From Sinorhizobium phage AP-16-3, in sequence record OP484857.1: 32,000 bases of DNA. One strand, given 5' to 3'. Under the pieces are notes generated by a model. The model was given only the letters and a program-made list of their open reading frames with translations. It made no database searches and was not told the DNA's origin. Shown here in pieces: positions 17,756 to 25,276 of this stretch. Every line of letters begins with the position of its first letter. Position 1 is the first letter of the stretch. Both the position numbers and the translations under genes were made by a program.

Positions 17756-20233
17756 ATGGCCATCACCGCAGCAGAGGCCTTCCGCGACTACGAAACTGAT
17801 GGTGTGCCGTCGTCTGGGTCGCATAAGATTAAAAAGAGCGACATGCGCTCGTGGGGCGCATGGGTCGAAGGAATTATCACTGCGTTCACGTCGAACGGCG
17901 GCCTGATCTTCACGCTCAAGTCCAATATGGACGCAGTGCTGACTCACGGTCCAGCGACTATGGCATGGGTCATCGGTGACCCCGTAACCGCCAACAATGG
18001 CGTCTACCAGAAGATCGGGAATTCCGGAACCGGGTCTTGGGTGCGGAGAGCTGACCTCCCGTACAGCTTTATCATTGCTTCAGATGCCGGGGCGGGAACT
18101 CCGAACGCCATCCAGGCGACGACGAGCATTCCGGTGTCGGCCTCTGCGCTGATCTGGATGAATGTTTTCGAGGCTAACACCGCGAGCCCGGTAACCGTCA
18201 GTTTCAACGGCGACACGCCGCTGACGATCAAGACGAACTCCGGCAATAACATCGTCGCTGGCGGGCTCACCGCAGGTATGATTGTTCTAGGCATTGTGTC
18301 GGGATCAACGTTCCGTCTGGTAAGCGACCAGGCGAGCGCGGCGATTGTTGCTGCCGCTGAGGCCGCGGCTGATCGAGCCGAGGCGGCTGCGGCTGGGCTG
18401 GAGCGCATGCCGATCGCGCCGGAGGCGTACGGCGCACTTCACAACGGCTCCGATGACAAGGTCGCCATAGAGAATGCCGCCGCCGCAGCCGTTGCGCAAA
18501 ATAGGTCGCTGCTCCTATCGAAGGGACGAACCTATACGTTCTCGAGCCTGGTGCTTCCTGCTGGCCTCAGTATGGTTGGCGATGGAGCTCTTCGCCATGA
18601 TGGCACCACGGCGGCTGGCGACATCATCACGATTGGCGTTAACAGCGTCATAGACAATCTGATCTACAGCACGCCCGCGCACGGAAATGGCATCTGGGAT
18701 GTGCGTATCGGTGACGGAGCGCGCATTGGGTATTTGGAGACGATCGCTGACGCCCAGACCCAGGGCGAGACGGTAGCCACGACTGGCGACAATGTCTGGA
18801 TCGGTTTCCATCGCGCCGAAAATATGGATCGCCCTCTGCATGTCGACAACAGCGCCGGCGCGTCCCTTACAAGCGGGTTTTATCTCGGAGGCCACGATTA
18901 CACGTCCTATATTCGCGGAATCAAGCTGTCGGCAACAGCGGATTGGTTCATCGGCAATGGAAGGCAAAGCGTTCGGAGCGCCAACGGCATTGACGAATCC
19001 CCCGGTTACAACAATCTGCTCCTGGCCAGTGCCCCAAGGGGCAGGGTAGCGGGAGCCGTATGGGAGGACGCTCCAGAGCACTCGGTTCGCGTCGGTGGCA
19101 ACATAGGACCAGGCTTGGTTGACACGAGTGATTTGGCGTTCGGACCCTTGGTCGTTAAGAGATGCTCCGCATCGGCCGTAAAACTCAACCCGAATTACAC
19201 GGGCCGAGCAAGGCGGATACATTTCGAAAGCATCACCGGCGTTGACGTGGGATATACGACGGGGAGCACGGCGAAGCGATCCGACGGTCTGCGTCTGTCG
19301 CACTGCGAGGACATCACCTTCGGGACCGTCGACTTCGTAGTAGATCAGCTCGCGACATCGTCGGAAGTGGCTCTGCGGCTCAACAACGCGAAGAACATTG
19401 TCATCGGACACCTTGGTGCTCGCTTCGTCGAAAGCGGAATTCTTGCCATTGATGAAACAGCGGACATCGACAGCGGCCAGGGCGCAACGCAAAGCGGCGA
19501 TGTCACCAGCATTCACATCAATTCGCTTGTGGCAGCGAAGGGCGCCGGAACCTATCCGTTCAGTTTCGCTCTGCCGAACCACAACATGGGCGATATCCGT
19601 ATCCGCGGTATGGATGTGAACGGCCTTACAACCGGTCTGGCGGCTTTCGCCGCTACAACCACGCTGACTGACATCATCGAGTTTCAAGGTCGCGTCTCGG
19701 CGTCGTCGTCGGCATCGTTCAGCAACCTGCCGGCGAACGACAGCGTGCGGCTGGACCTGCGCATAAATGGGAAGCACTACTTCGGTCCCGCGCGCCAGCT
19801 CATTGCCAACACTGCCTCCCTTACGATTGGCTCTGAGCCATTCACGCTCGACGCATCAACGCAGCTGGGCGCGGTGTTTGCCCAAACTCAAACCGGAACG
19901 GCAACGCTCGGTGCCTACAGCACAGGCTACCTTGCATCGCGCTCAGGGCCTTCCGGCCGACGCGGCGTTGGATGGGTGGGGAAGCAGACCGGGGCAAGCT
20001 CCCAGAACATGGGGTTTGCCATTGTTCTGAACGCGGGGACTGGGGGCAGCGACGTTTTTGTCGATGGTTTTATCGTCAATCACGACAAGAGCATCAGCCA
20101 CTACCCGCCGGCCTCTGTTACGCCTACCGTAAACGGAGAGATGACTATCCAGCTCACCAGCAACACGTCCTTGACATTCAAGGTCAAGGGCTCGGACGGG
20201 GTGGTAAGGTCGGGATCGGTCACGTTGGCGTAA
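17756..20233 (+). CDS. Tail spike / tail fibre protein with probable right-handed beta-helix
   Basis: N-terminal adaptor MAITAAEAFRDYETDGVPSSGSHKIKKSDMRSWGAWVEGIITAF, Ala-rich helical segment, then long region of repeated beta-type turns. ATG 17756 preceded by TGGAGCAAGC. Confidence 0.82.
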   Translation: MAITAAEAFRDYETDGVPSSGSHKIKKSDMRSWGAWVEGIITAFTSNGGLIFTLKSNMDAVLTHGPATMAWVIGDPVTANNGVYQKIGNSGTGSWVRRADLPYSFIIASDAGAGTPNAIQATTSIPVSASALIWMNVFEANTASPVTVSFNGDTPLTIKTNSGNNIVAGGLTAGMIVLGIVSGSTFRLVSDQASAAIVAAAEAAADRAEAAAAGLERMPIAPEAYGALHNGSDDKVAIENAAAAAVAQNRSLLLSKGRTYTFSSLVLPAGLSMVGDGALRHDGTTAAGDIITIGVNSVIDNLIYSTPAHGNGIWDVRIGDGARIGYLETIADAQTQGETVATTGDNVWIGFHRAENMDRPLHVDNSAGASLTSGFYLGGHDYTSYIRGIKLSATADWFIGNGRQSVRSANGIDESPGYNNLLLASAPRGRVAGAVWEDAPEHSVRVGGNIGPGLVDTSDLAFGPLVVKRCSASAVKLNPNYTGRARRIHFESITGVDVGYTTGSTAKRSDGLRLSHCEDITFGTVDFVVDQLATSSEVALRLNNAKNIVIGHLGARFVESGILAIDETADIDSGQGATQSGDVTSIHINSLVAAKGAGTYPFSFALPNHNMGDIRIRGMDVNGLTTGLAAFAATTTLTDIIEFQGRVSASSSASFSNLPANDSVRLDLRINGKHYFGPARQLIANTASLTIGSEPFTLDASTQLGAVFAQTQTGTATLGAYSTGYLASRSGPSGRRGVGWVGKQTGASSQNMGFAIVLNAGTGGSDVFVDGFIVNHDKSISHYPPASVTPTVNGEMTIQLTSNTSLTFKVKGSDGVVRSGSVTLA

Positions 20234-20236
20234 GCT

Positions 20237-20272
20237 CAAAGTGCGGGGTGCCATCAAGCACCCCGCACTTTG
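20237..20272. terminator. Bidirectional hairpin terminator between convergent genes
   Basis: Perfect 14-bp stem CAAAGTGCGGGGTG (20237-20250) / CACCCCGCACTTTG (20259-20272), 8-nt loop. Confidence 0.8.
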
Positions 20273-20274
20273 CT

Positions 20275-20904
20275 TCAGAACATCGCGAATTCATAGGTCG
20301 GGGTGGCATTGAACACCTTGCCCGTCCGCTTGTAACCGATCGGGCCAATAACCTCTTCTATCTCGGCTAGGTCCTCATCGCTCCCGGCTTCGATGAATAG
20401 CAACGGCTTGTCGCGCTGCAGTGTTTTGAGGGCGCCTTTCAGGGCTCCCGGCTCGGCGCCCTCGATATCCATTTTAATGACGGATATGCCAGAAGGGGCG
20501 ATGTCGTCGATTTTGACGCAGAGCGCGTTGAATGTTCTCGGCTCGCCTTCGACTATCGCGTGGATGGCGTCGAGGAACCCCGTTTCTTCCCCGACCGCGA
20601 CGGGGAGGATCGTGGCTTTGTGCCCGAGGTTGTTCGCCTCGACGAATTGCGTTGCAAGCTGGGCGTGACGTGGTAGCGCTTCGATGCCGATCACCCGCGT
20701 AGAGGCGCAGAACATCGCGAAGTAGACGGAGTGCGTGCCAATATTGGAACCTACGTCAAGGTATACGCCGGGGCGGTTCAGCGAACTGATGTATTCGAGC
20801 ATCTGTTGCTCGTACCATCTGGATTGCTCGAGGTGCTTCCAAATTGAGCCGCCGATGCCATCGATGTAACTTACGTTGGTTCCCTGGTACTTAAAACTTG
20901 GCAC
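20275..20904 (-). CDS. FkbM-family methyltransferase
   Basis: YLDVGSNIGTHSVYFAMFCASTRVIGIEALPRHAQLATQFVEANNL (SAM-binding), VIKMDIEGAEPGALKGALKTL, LFIE. GTG start with GGAGAGG ribosome-binding site proposed; track ORF extends to 20976. Confidence 0.87.
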   Translation of the reverse strand: MPSFKYQGTNVSYIDGIGGSIWKHLEQSRWYEQQMLEYISSLNRPGVYLDVGSNIGTHSVYFAMFCASTRVIGIEALPRHAQLATQFVEANNLGHKATILPVAVGEETGFLDAIHAIVEGEPRTFNALCVKIDDIAPSGISVIKMDIEGAEPGALKGALKTLQRDKPLLFIEAGSDEDLAEIEEVIGPIGYKRTGKVFNATPTYEFAMF

Positions 20905-20936
20905 TATGCCTCTCCCATGTTTTCGTTTGTGCGCAT

Positions 20937-21317
20937 CTATTTTTTGTCTTGGACGTGGCGGAGGGCGGCCAGACACAAAGCCATCGCTGGCGTGGGCGCC
21001 TTACAGTAGGGGCCATTATCGATCCTGGCGTTGCCTTCGTCTTTCTCCCAACTGCAACCGGCTGCCATGTCCGGAGCGACTTGGATTGCAAGCATATATG
21101 CGTGATTGAGGTCAAGGGTGTAATAAGGAATGCTGGCGACGGCTTTCCCTTTAGGGTCGGTCCATTTCACCTTCGGCTTGATGCCTTCGGATGAATCCGT
21201 GCCCACGTTCTCGATCGTCTTCTTGTAGCCAACGGCTAGAGCTATCCCGGCGTCCAAATGGCGGCTCGGCTCGGGTGATGCCTCGATCTCTGAGATGATT
21301 TCTAGAATGCGCATCAC
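20937..21317 (-). CDS. Hypothetical phage protein
   Basis: 126 aa, minus strand cassette; NHAYMLAIQVAPDMAAGCSWEKDEGNARIDNGPYCKAPTPAMALCLAALRH. Confidence 0.65.
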   Translation of the reverse strand: MMRILEIISEIEASPEPSRHLDAGIALAVGYKKTIENVGTDSSEGIKPKVKWTDPKGKAVASIPYYTLDLNHAYMLAIQVAPDMAAGCSWEKDEGNARIDNGPYCKAPTPAMALCLAALRHVQDKK

Positions 21318-21325
21318 GGCCCCTG

Positions 21326-21610
21326 CTACACTGAGAATTCAACGGCGCCTGATGCGTCGAACACGTTCCCAGTCCGGGAGTATGCGGCCAGGCTGAGGAT
21401 GCTCTCCACGTTTGGCAGCCCCCCGGAAGAACCGCGGACAAGGACGATAGGCCGGTCACGCCTCAAAGACGTGAGCATTCGCCGCAGCGTGTCAGGGCTG
21501 GCTTCGTCTGCGTCTATCTTGAGAACCGGAGCCGTGGGCTTCATATCCTGGACATACTGGTCCAATTCGTCATCTTGCCAGTCCACACTCATAGACTGCT
21601 GGAATGTCAT
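21326..21610 (-). CDS. Truncated FkbM-like protein (C-terminal half only)
   Basis: VLKIDADEASPDTLRRMLTSLRRDRPIVLV...AAYSRTGNVFDASGAVEF parallels VIKMDIEGAEPGALKGALKTLQRDKPLLFI...IGYKRTGKVFNATPTYEF of the neighbouring methyltransferase. Confidence 0.6.
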   Translation of the reverse strand: MTFQQSMSVDWQDDELDQYVQDMKPTAPVLKIDADEASPDTLRRMLTSLRRDRPIVLVRGSSGGLPNVESILSLAAYSRTGNVFDASGAVEFSV

Positions 21611-21686
21611 GTCTTGCTACCCTCACGTTTATTGAGGCCGCAGAAGCTAGACGAAGACACCGGCTCCGACAAGCCGCTAAAAAGTG

Positions 21687-21713
21687 CCCCGCCACACCAG
21701 CGGGGTTTTTCTT
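21687..21713 (+). terminator. Rho-independent terminator upstream of endolysin
   Basis: CCCCGC (21687-21692), 7-nt loop, GCGGGG (21700-21705), then TTTTTCTTT. Confidence 0.75.
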
Positions 21714-21735
21714 TACCACCACACAGGAGACACCA

Positions 21736-22386
21736 ATGGATCGCGCGAAATTCTTCGCGGCGGTGCGCTCGCCCTTGTTCGCCGGAAAGATGTCCGAGCG
21801 CCAGGTGCAGGGCGTCGACGCGATTCTAGACGAGGCAGAGCGGCGCGGTACACCGTTGGCGCATCTGGCCTATATGCTCGCCACGGCGCTGCACGAGACG
21901 GCCAGAACGATGCAGCCGATTGCCGAATACGGCAAGGGCGCTGGCCGAAAATACGGCGTCAAAGGCAAGTACGGGCAGGTTCCCTATGGGCGCGGCTATG
22001 TCCAGCTAACGTGGGACTCGAACTACGAGCGCGCCGATAGGGAGCTTGGCTTGAAGGGCGCGCTGTTGCGCGACTTCAATCTCGCCATGCGGCAGGACAT
22101 CGCGGCGAAGATCATGTTCGTCGGCATGACCGAAGGCTGGTTCACCGGCAAGAAGTTGGCGGACTACATCGGCGCAAAGGCGGATTACGTCGGCGCGCGC
22201 CGGATTATCAACGGCACGGACAAGGCGAAGACGATCGCCGGCCATGCTGCTGTGTTTGAGAAGGCGCTGAAGGCGGCGGGATATGGCACGAAGGCCGTTG
22301 CGCCGGGCGGATTACGTCGGCGCGCGCCGGATTATCAACGGCACGGACAAGGCGAAGACGATCGCCGGCCATGCTGCTGTGTTTGA
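21736..22386 (+). CDS. Endolysin, GH19 chitinase-like, frameshifted near its 3' end
   Basis: LAYMLATALHETARTMQPIAEYGKGAGRKYGVKGKYGQVPYGRGYVQLTWDSNYERADRELGL; the frame is broken by a 127-bp duplication so the C-terminus reads GGLRRRAPDYQRHGQGEDDRRPCCCV. Intact C-terminus continues in another frame to 22513. Confidence 0.88.
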   Translation: MDRAKFFAAVRSPLFAGKMSERQVQGVDAILDEAERRGTPLAHLAYMLATALHETARTMQPIAEYGKGAGRKYGVKGKYGQVPYGRGYVQLTWDSNYERADRELGLKGALLRDFNLAMRQDIAAKIMFVGMTEGWFTGKKLADYIGAKADYVGARRIINGTDKAKTIAGHAAVFEKALKAAGYGTKAVAPGGLRRRAPDYQRHGQGEDDRRPCCCV

Positions 22387-22432
22387 GAAGGCGCTGAAGG
22401 CGGCGGGATATGGCACGAAGGCCGTTGCGCCG
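22179..22432 (+). repeat. Perfect 127-bp direct tandem duplication (22179-22305 and 22306-22432)
   Basis: Both copies read GGCGGATTACGTCGGCGCGCGCCGG...GGCACGAAGGCCGTTGCGCCG with no mismatch seen. Confidence 0.95.
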
Positions 22433-22509
22433 GTAAAGCCGGTAGCAACTGGCGGCTTCTGGGCTGCGCTCGGCCGCTTCCTGCTTGCGCTCATTAAGGG
22501 AGGCAGGAA

Positions 22510-22710
22510 ATGACCGTTTGGATTCGTATCGCCCTCTACATGGTCGCTGGCTGGCTTTACGGCTCCGGCTACATCGGCGAGGAAGTCAAATCGATGATCA
22601 CTGATGACCCTGCCGTTGCCGGTGCTATCGAAGCTGGTATTGCCGCCGCTATCGGCGCCATTCCCGTCGCGTGGTGGCAGTGGGCTAGGAAGATGGGGCT
22701 GCCGACGTGA
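22510..22710 (+). CDS. Small membrane protein, holin-like candidate
   Basis: 66 aa; MTVWIRIALYMVAGWLYGSGYIGEEVKSMI...AIEAGIAAAIGAIPVAWWQWARK, directly downstream of endolysin. Confidence 0.65.
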   Translation: MTVWIRIALYMVAGWLYGSGYIGEEVKSMITDDPAVAGAIEAGIAAAIGAIPVAWWQWARKMGLPT

Positions 22711-23111
22711 TCGCCCTGATTTCCTTCCTCATCAAGATCGGCCTCAGCGGAGTGGTCGAGCGCGGCATCAAGTTAATGGAGCGCCGCGCCGAACTCGAGG
22801 TCGACAAAGAGAAGCTGCGCACCGAGCTCACCGCGGAATACATGCGCCAGGTCGTCGAAGAGACCCGCATTATGGCGGACATCAACAAGGCGAAGTTCTC
22901 CTTTCCGTGGTTCTGGATGTTCGCCGCGCTGTTCGTCCTGCCGCTTGGTTTTTGGTGGTCGGCTGTCATCCTCGACGGCACGTTCCACTTCGGCTGGAAT
23001 GTCGCGAACCTACCGACGCCCGAAATGCGGCAGTGGGCTGGCGACATGATCAAATGGATATTCTACGTCGGCGGCGGCGTTGCTGGCGTTAAGGCGGTGC
23101 TGAAAAGATGA
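22707..23111 (+). CDS. Membrane protein in lysis cassette, holin-like candidate
   Basis: 134 aa; amphipathic/charged N-terminus then FPWFWMFAALFVLPLGFWWSAVI and IFYVGGGVAGVKAVLKR hydrophobic segments; overlaps neighbours. Confidence 0.6.
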   Translation: MIALISFLIKIGLSGVVERGIKLMERRAELEVDKEKLRTELTAEYMRQVVEETRIMADINKAKFSFPWFWMFAALFVLPLGFWWSAVILDGTFHFGWNVANLPTPEMRQWAGDMIKWIFYVGGGVAGVKAVLKR

Positions 23112-23419
23112 CTGGCGCAGAGATAATGGCCGTAGTTGGCTTCATGGTGATGCTTGCCGGCGCTGGTTGGCGGGTGTGGGCGCGCGTTGAAGCGAAGGTG
23201 AAGGTCGCCGAAGACAAAGCTGACCGGGTGGCCGCAGATCTGGCCGCCCAGCGCCTTCATGTTGCCGAAACGTACATCACCAAGCAGGGCATGCGGGAAG
23301 CGACGGAAAGCATCATGGAGGCGATCAGCGGCGTGAAGACGGCCGTCGATCACATGACGCTGCGCGTCGATCGCATCGTTGAAAATCAAGCGAAGCCGCG
23401 CGCATCTGCGCAGCGTTGA
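23108..23419 (+). CDS. Small membrane-anchored coiled-coil protein of lysis cassette
   Basis: 103 aa; N-terminal TM AEIMAVVGFMVMLAGAGW then coiled coil. Confidence 0.6.
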   Translation: MTGAEIMAVVGFMVMLAGAGWRVWARVEAKVKVAEDKADRVAADLAAQRLHVAETYITKQGMREATESIMEAISGVKTAVDHMTLRVDRIVENQAKPRASAQR

Positions 23420-23488
23420 TAAAGCGCGGGCGCGATTCGTTTATTAACGCCTACCGATAACAAAACAACAAAATGCTGCGGTTCCTTT

Positions 23489-23521
23489 GCCCCTATCCCT
23501 AACCGGATAGGGGCATTTTTT
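23489..23521 (+). terminator. Strong rho-independent terminator at end of lysis module
   Basis: GCCCCTATCC (23489-23498), 6-nt loop, GGATAGGGGC (23505-23514), then ATTTTTT. Confidence 0.88.
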
Positions 23522-23570
23522 ATTGCCTCGAGTTCTTGTTCTCATTTTGTTCTGGCGCTATTTCTGGCCT

Positions 23571-23837
23571 ATGGTCGAGACGATTGGCGAAGCATTCAGC
23601 CTCGGATGGCAACTCAAAGCGCGGTGCGCATACGGCAACCGTGAAGGCTTGAAGTCGATTCGCCGCTGCACATGGACCTACGATCTCGACATGCTGACGC
23701 TCGTGTCGACGCGCGGTCGAGACTTTCCGCTTGCGATGCTGGCCAGCCGGCTGAGGTGTCCGCGCTGTGGCTCGCGTCTTGTTAGTGTCGTGTTCGTGCC
23801 GCCATCCGACGAAGATAAACACCGTGGTGCGGCTTGA
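23571..23837 (+). CDS. Hypothetical protein with CPxCG zinc-knuckle-like motif
   Basis: MVETIGEAFSLGWQLKARCAYGNREGLKSIRRCTWTYDLDMLTLVSTRGRDFPLAMLASRLRCPRCGSRLVSVVF; ATG at 23571. Confidence 0.6.
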   Translation: MVETIGEAFSLGWQLKARCAYGNREGLKSIRRCTWTYDLDMLTLVSTRGRDFPLAMLASRLRCPRCGSRLVSVVFVPPSDEDKHRGAA

Positions 23838-23862
23838 CAAATTTGTAAAACACCATTATGGT
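23834..23862 (+). promoter_or_regulatory. Sigma70-like promoter with palindromic operator upstream of accessory operon
   Basis: TTGACA (23834-23839), 17 nt, TATGGT (23857-23862); ACAAATTTGT at 23837-23846. Confidence 0.75.
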
Positions 23863-23955
23863 CGTTCATTGTAGGCGCCGACCAAGCGCCTGGCCGTGGT
23901 CTACCAAGCCACGCAACCACCACAACGGCGCGACGCGCCAGAAGAGGAGGCCGGT

Positions 23956-24678
23956 ATGCTCAGACGCATAATCCTTGGCGCATCCATCGCTGCACTTTCT
24001 GGTGCTGCCGTGTTCTTTGCTCCTACCGCAGCCGCATTCATCGCCAAACCCACCAACCCAGCGCCGCGCACGCTTGCCGTCGAGCGTGTAGCCTACCGCG
24101 TGCCAATAACGGACGCCGCGACGGTCCTCATTCAAAGACCAAATAGCAAGGGTACCGGCTTTCACATTGGTGGCGGGCGCATTATCACCGCGGCCCATGT
24201 GGTTGACGGGGCGCGCACCGTTTCTCTCAAGAGCTACGACGGCCGCATCTCGTCGGCGACAGTCGTTAAGGTCGACACGAAGACCGAGATCGCAATCCTC
24301 CAGACGAATATGCGCCTGCTGCCTGCCGAGCTCGACTGCGGCACGGTTCCTGTCGGCACTCCCATAAGCGCGATCGGAAATCCGCTCGGCCAGGAATTCA
24401 TCACCGCCTTCGGTCGCATTGCCGGCGCTCCTCGTGCGATGCCGCACGCAAAGTCTGTCTACGTGACCGACATGACGACAGTCATGGGGCAATCTGGTGG
24501 ACCTGTCTTTGCCGACGGTCGCGTTGTTGGCGTCGTTTCTGCCGTGATGCTCGCGCCGTTTGAACTGGTCGGCAAGGTGCCGCAGGATTCCGGCATCTAC
24601 GCAAGATCGCTCGTTGGCTTTGGCTACGTCGTGCCGTCGGCTGAGGTTTGCAAGATGCTTGGCGGGGAGGTGGCGTGA
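23956..24678 (+). CDS. Exported trypsin-like serine protease
   Basis: Signal-peptide-like MLRRIILGASIAALSGAAVFFAPTAAA; GTGFHIGGGRIITAAHVVDGA (His), GQSGGPVFADGRVVGVVS (Ser). ATG 23956 preceded by GAGGAGG. Confidence 0.85.
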   Translation: MLRRIILGASIAALSGAAVFFAPTAAAFIAKPTNPAPRTLAVERVAYRVPITDAATVLIQRPNSKGTGFHIGGGRIITAAHVVDGARTVSLKSYDGRISSATVVKVDTKTEIAILQTNMRLLPAELDCGTVPVGTPISAIGNPLGQEFITAFGRIAGAPRAMPHAKSVYVTDMTTVMGQSGGPVFADGRVVGVVSAVMLAPFELVGKVPQDSGIYARSLVGFGYVVPSAEVCKMLGGEVA

Positions 24679-24854
24679 TGGCGACAGCAAACGACAACCG
24701 CTCACCGATCACGCAGCTGGAAATCGCCGCTCACTGGCTTCAGGAGGCTGCCCTTCAGTTCTCCGCTACGAAGCAGGATGACTTCGCGCAGAACTGCAAG
24801 CGCGTCTCCGAGCAATGCCGCTCGGTTGTTCGCAAGAACAAGGAGGCGGCATGA
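24678..24854 (+). CDS. Small hypothetical protein
   Basis: MATANDNRSPITQLEIAAHWLQEAALQFSATKQDDFAQNCKRVSEQCRSVVRKNKEAA; overlaps both neighbours. Confidence 0.6.
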   Translation: MATANDNRSPITQLEIAAHWLQEAALQFSATKQDDFAQNCKRVSEQCRSVVRKNKEAA

Positions 24855-25276
24855 TGCTGAACAACCCAACCGCAAAACTCATCATCCTCAACACCGTCTT
24901 CGCGGCGGGCGTCGTCACCGCTACCATGCTCGGCTACACGCAGTTCGTCTTTAACGGCGACGGCTCGTATGTCTCTTACGTGATCGCGGCCATTCTCGCG
25001 GCTAGCCTTGCCGCCGCTCTCGCGGGACGCCGTAATCACCTGCCGCAAGCCGCTTGGCTCTGCGAAACGCTAGGCTTCGTCGGCACGCTGGTCGGCATCA
25101 CGATCGGCCTGGCTGGCGTTGATGTCGGCTCGCTGCAGTCGGCTGATGGCGTCATCGCGGCAGGCAACTCGCTGTTCGGCGGCATGGCTACTGCCTTCTG
25201 CTCCACCATTACCGGCGCGCTGGCCATGCTGTGGCTGTGGGCGGTTGGGCGTGTCGTGGGTGCCGACCGTGCTTAA
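24851..25276 (+). CDS. Short MotA/TolQ/ExbB-like membrane protein
   Basis: 141 aa, four predicted TM helices; ETLGFVGTLVGITIGLAG...GNSLFGGMATAFCSTITGALAMLWLWAVG resembles the conserved last two helices of the MotA/ExbB family. Confidence 0.65.
   Translation: MMLNNPTAKLIILNTVFAAGVVTATMLGYTQFVFNGDGSYVSYVIAAILAASLAAALAGRRNHLPQAAWLCETLGFVGTLVGITIGLAGVDVGSLQSADGVIAAGNSLFGGMATAFCSTITGALAMLWLWAVGRVVGADRA

Noticed and set aside
18515-19777. 420-aa minus-strand ORF opposite the tail spike
   Set aside because: Shadow of the spike gene, without RBS or domain signal.
23523-23570. TTG start extension of the CPxCG protein beginning right after the terminator
   Set aside because: The extension overlaps the terminator edge and the ATG at 23571 gives a more plausible N-terminus.
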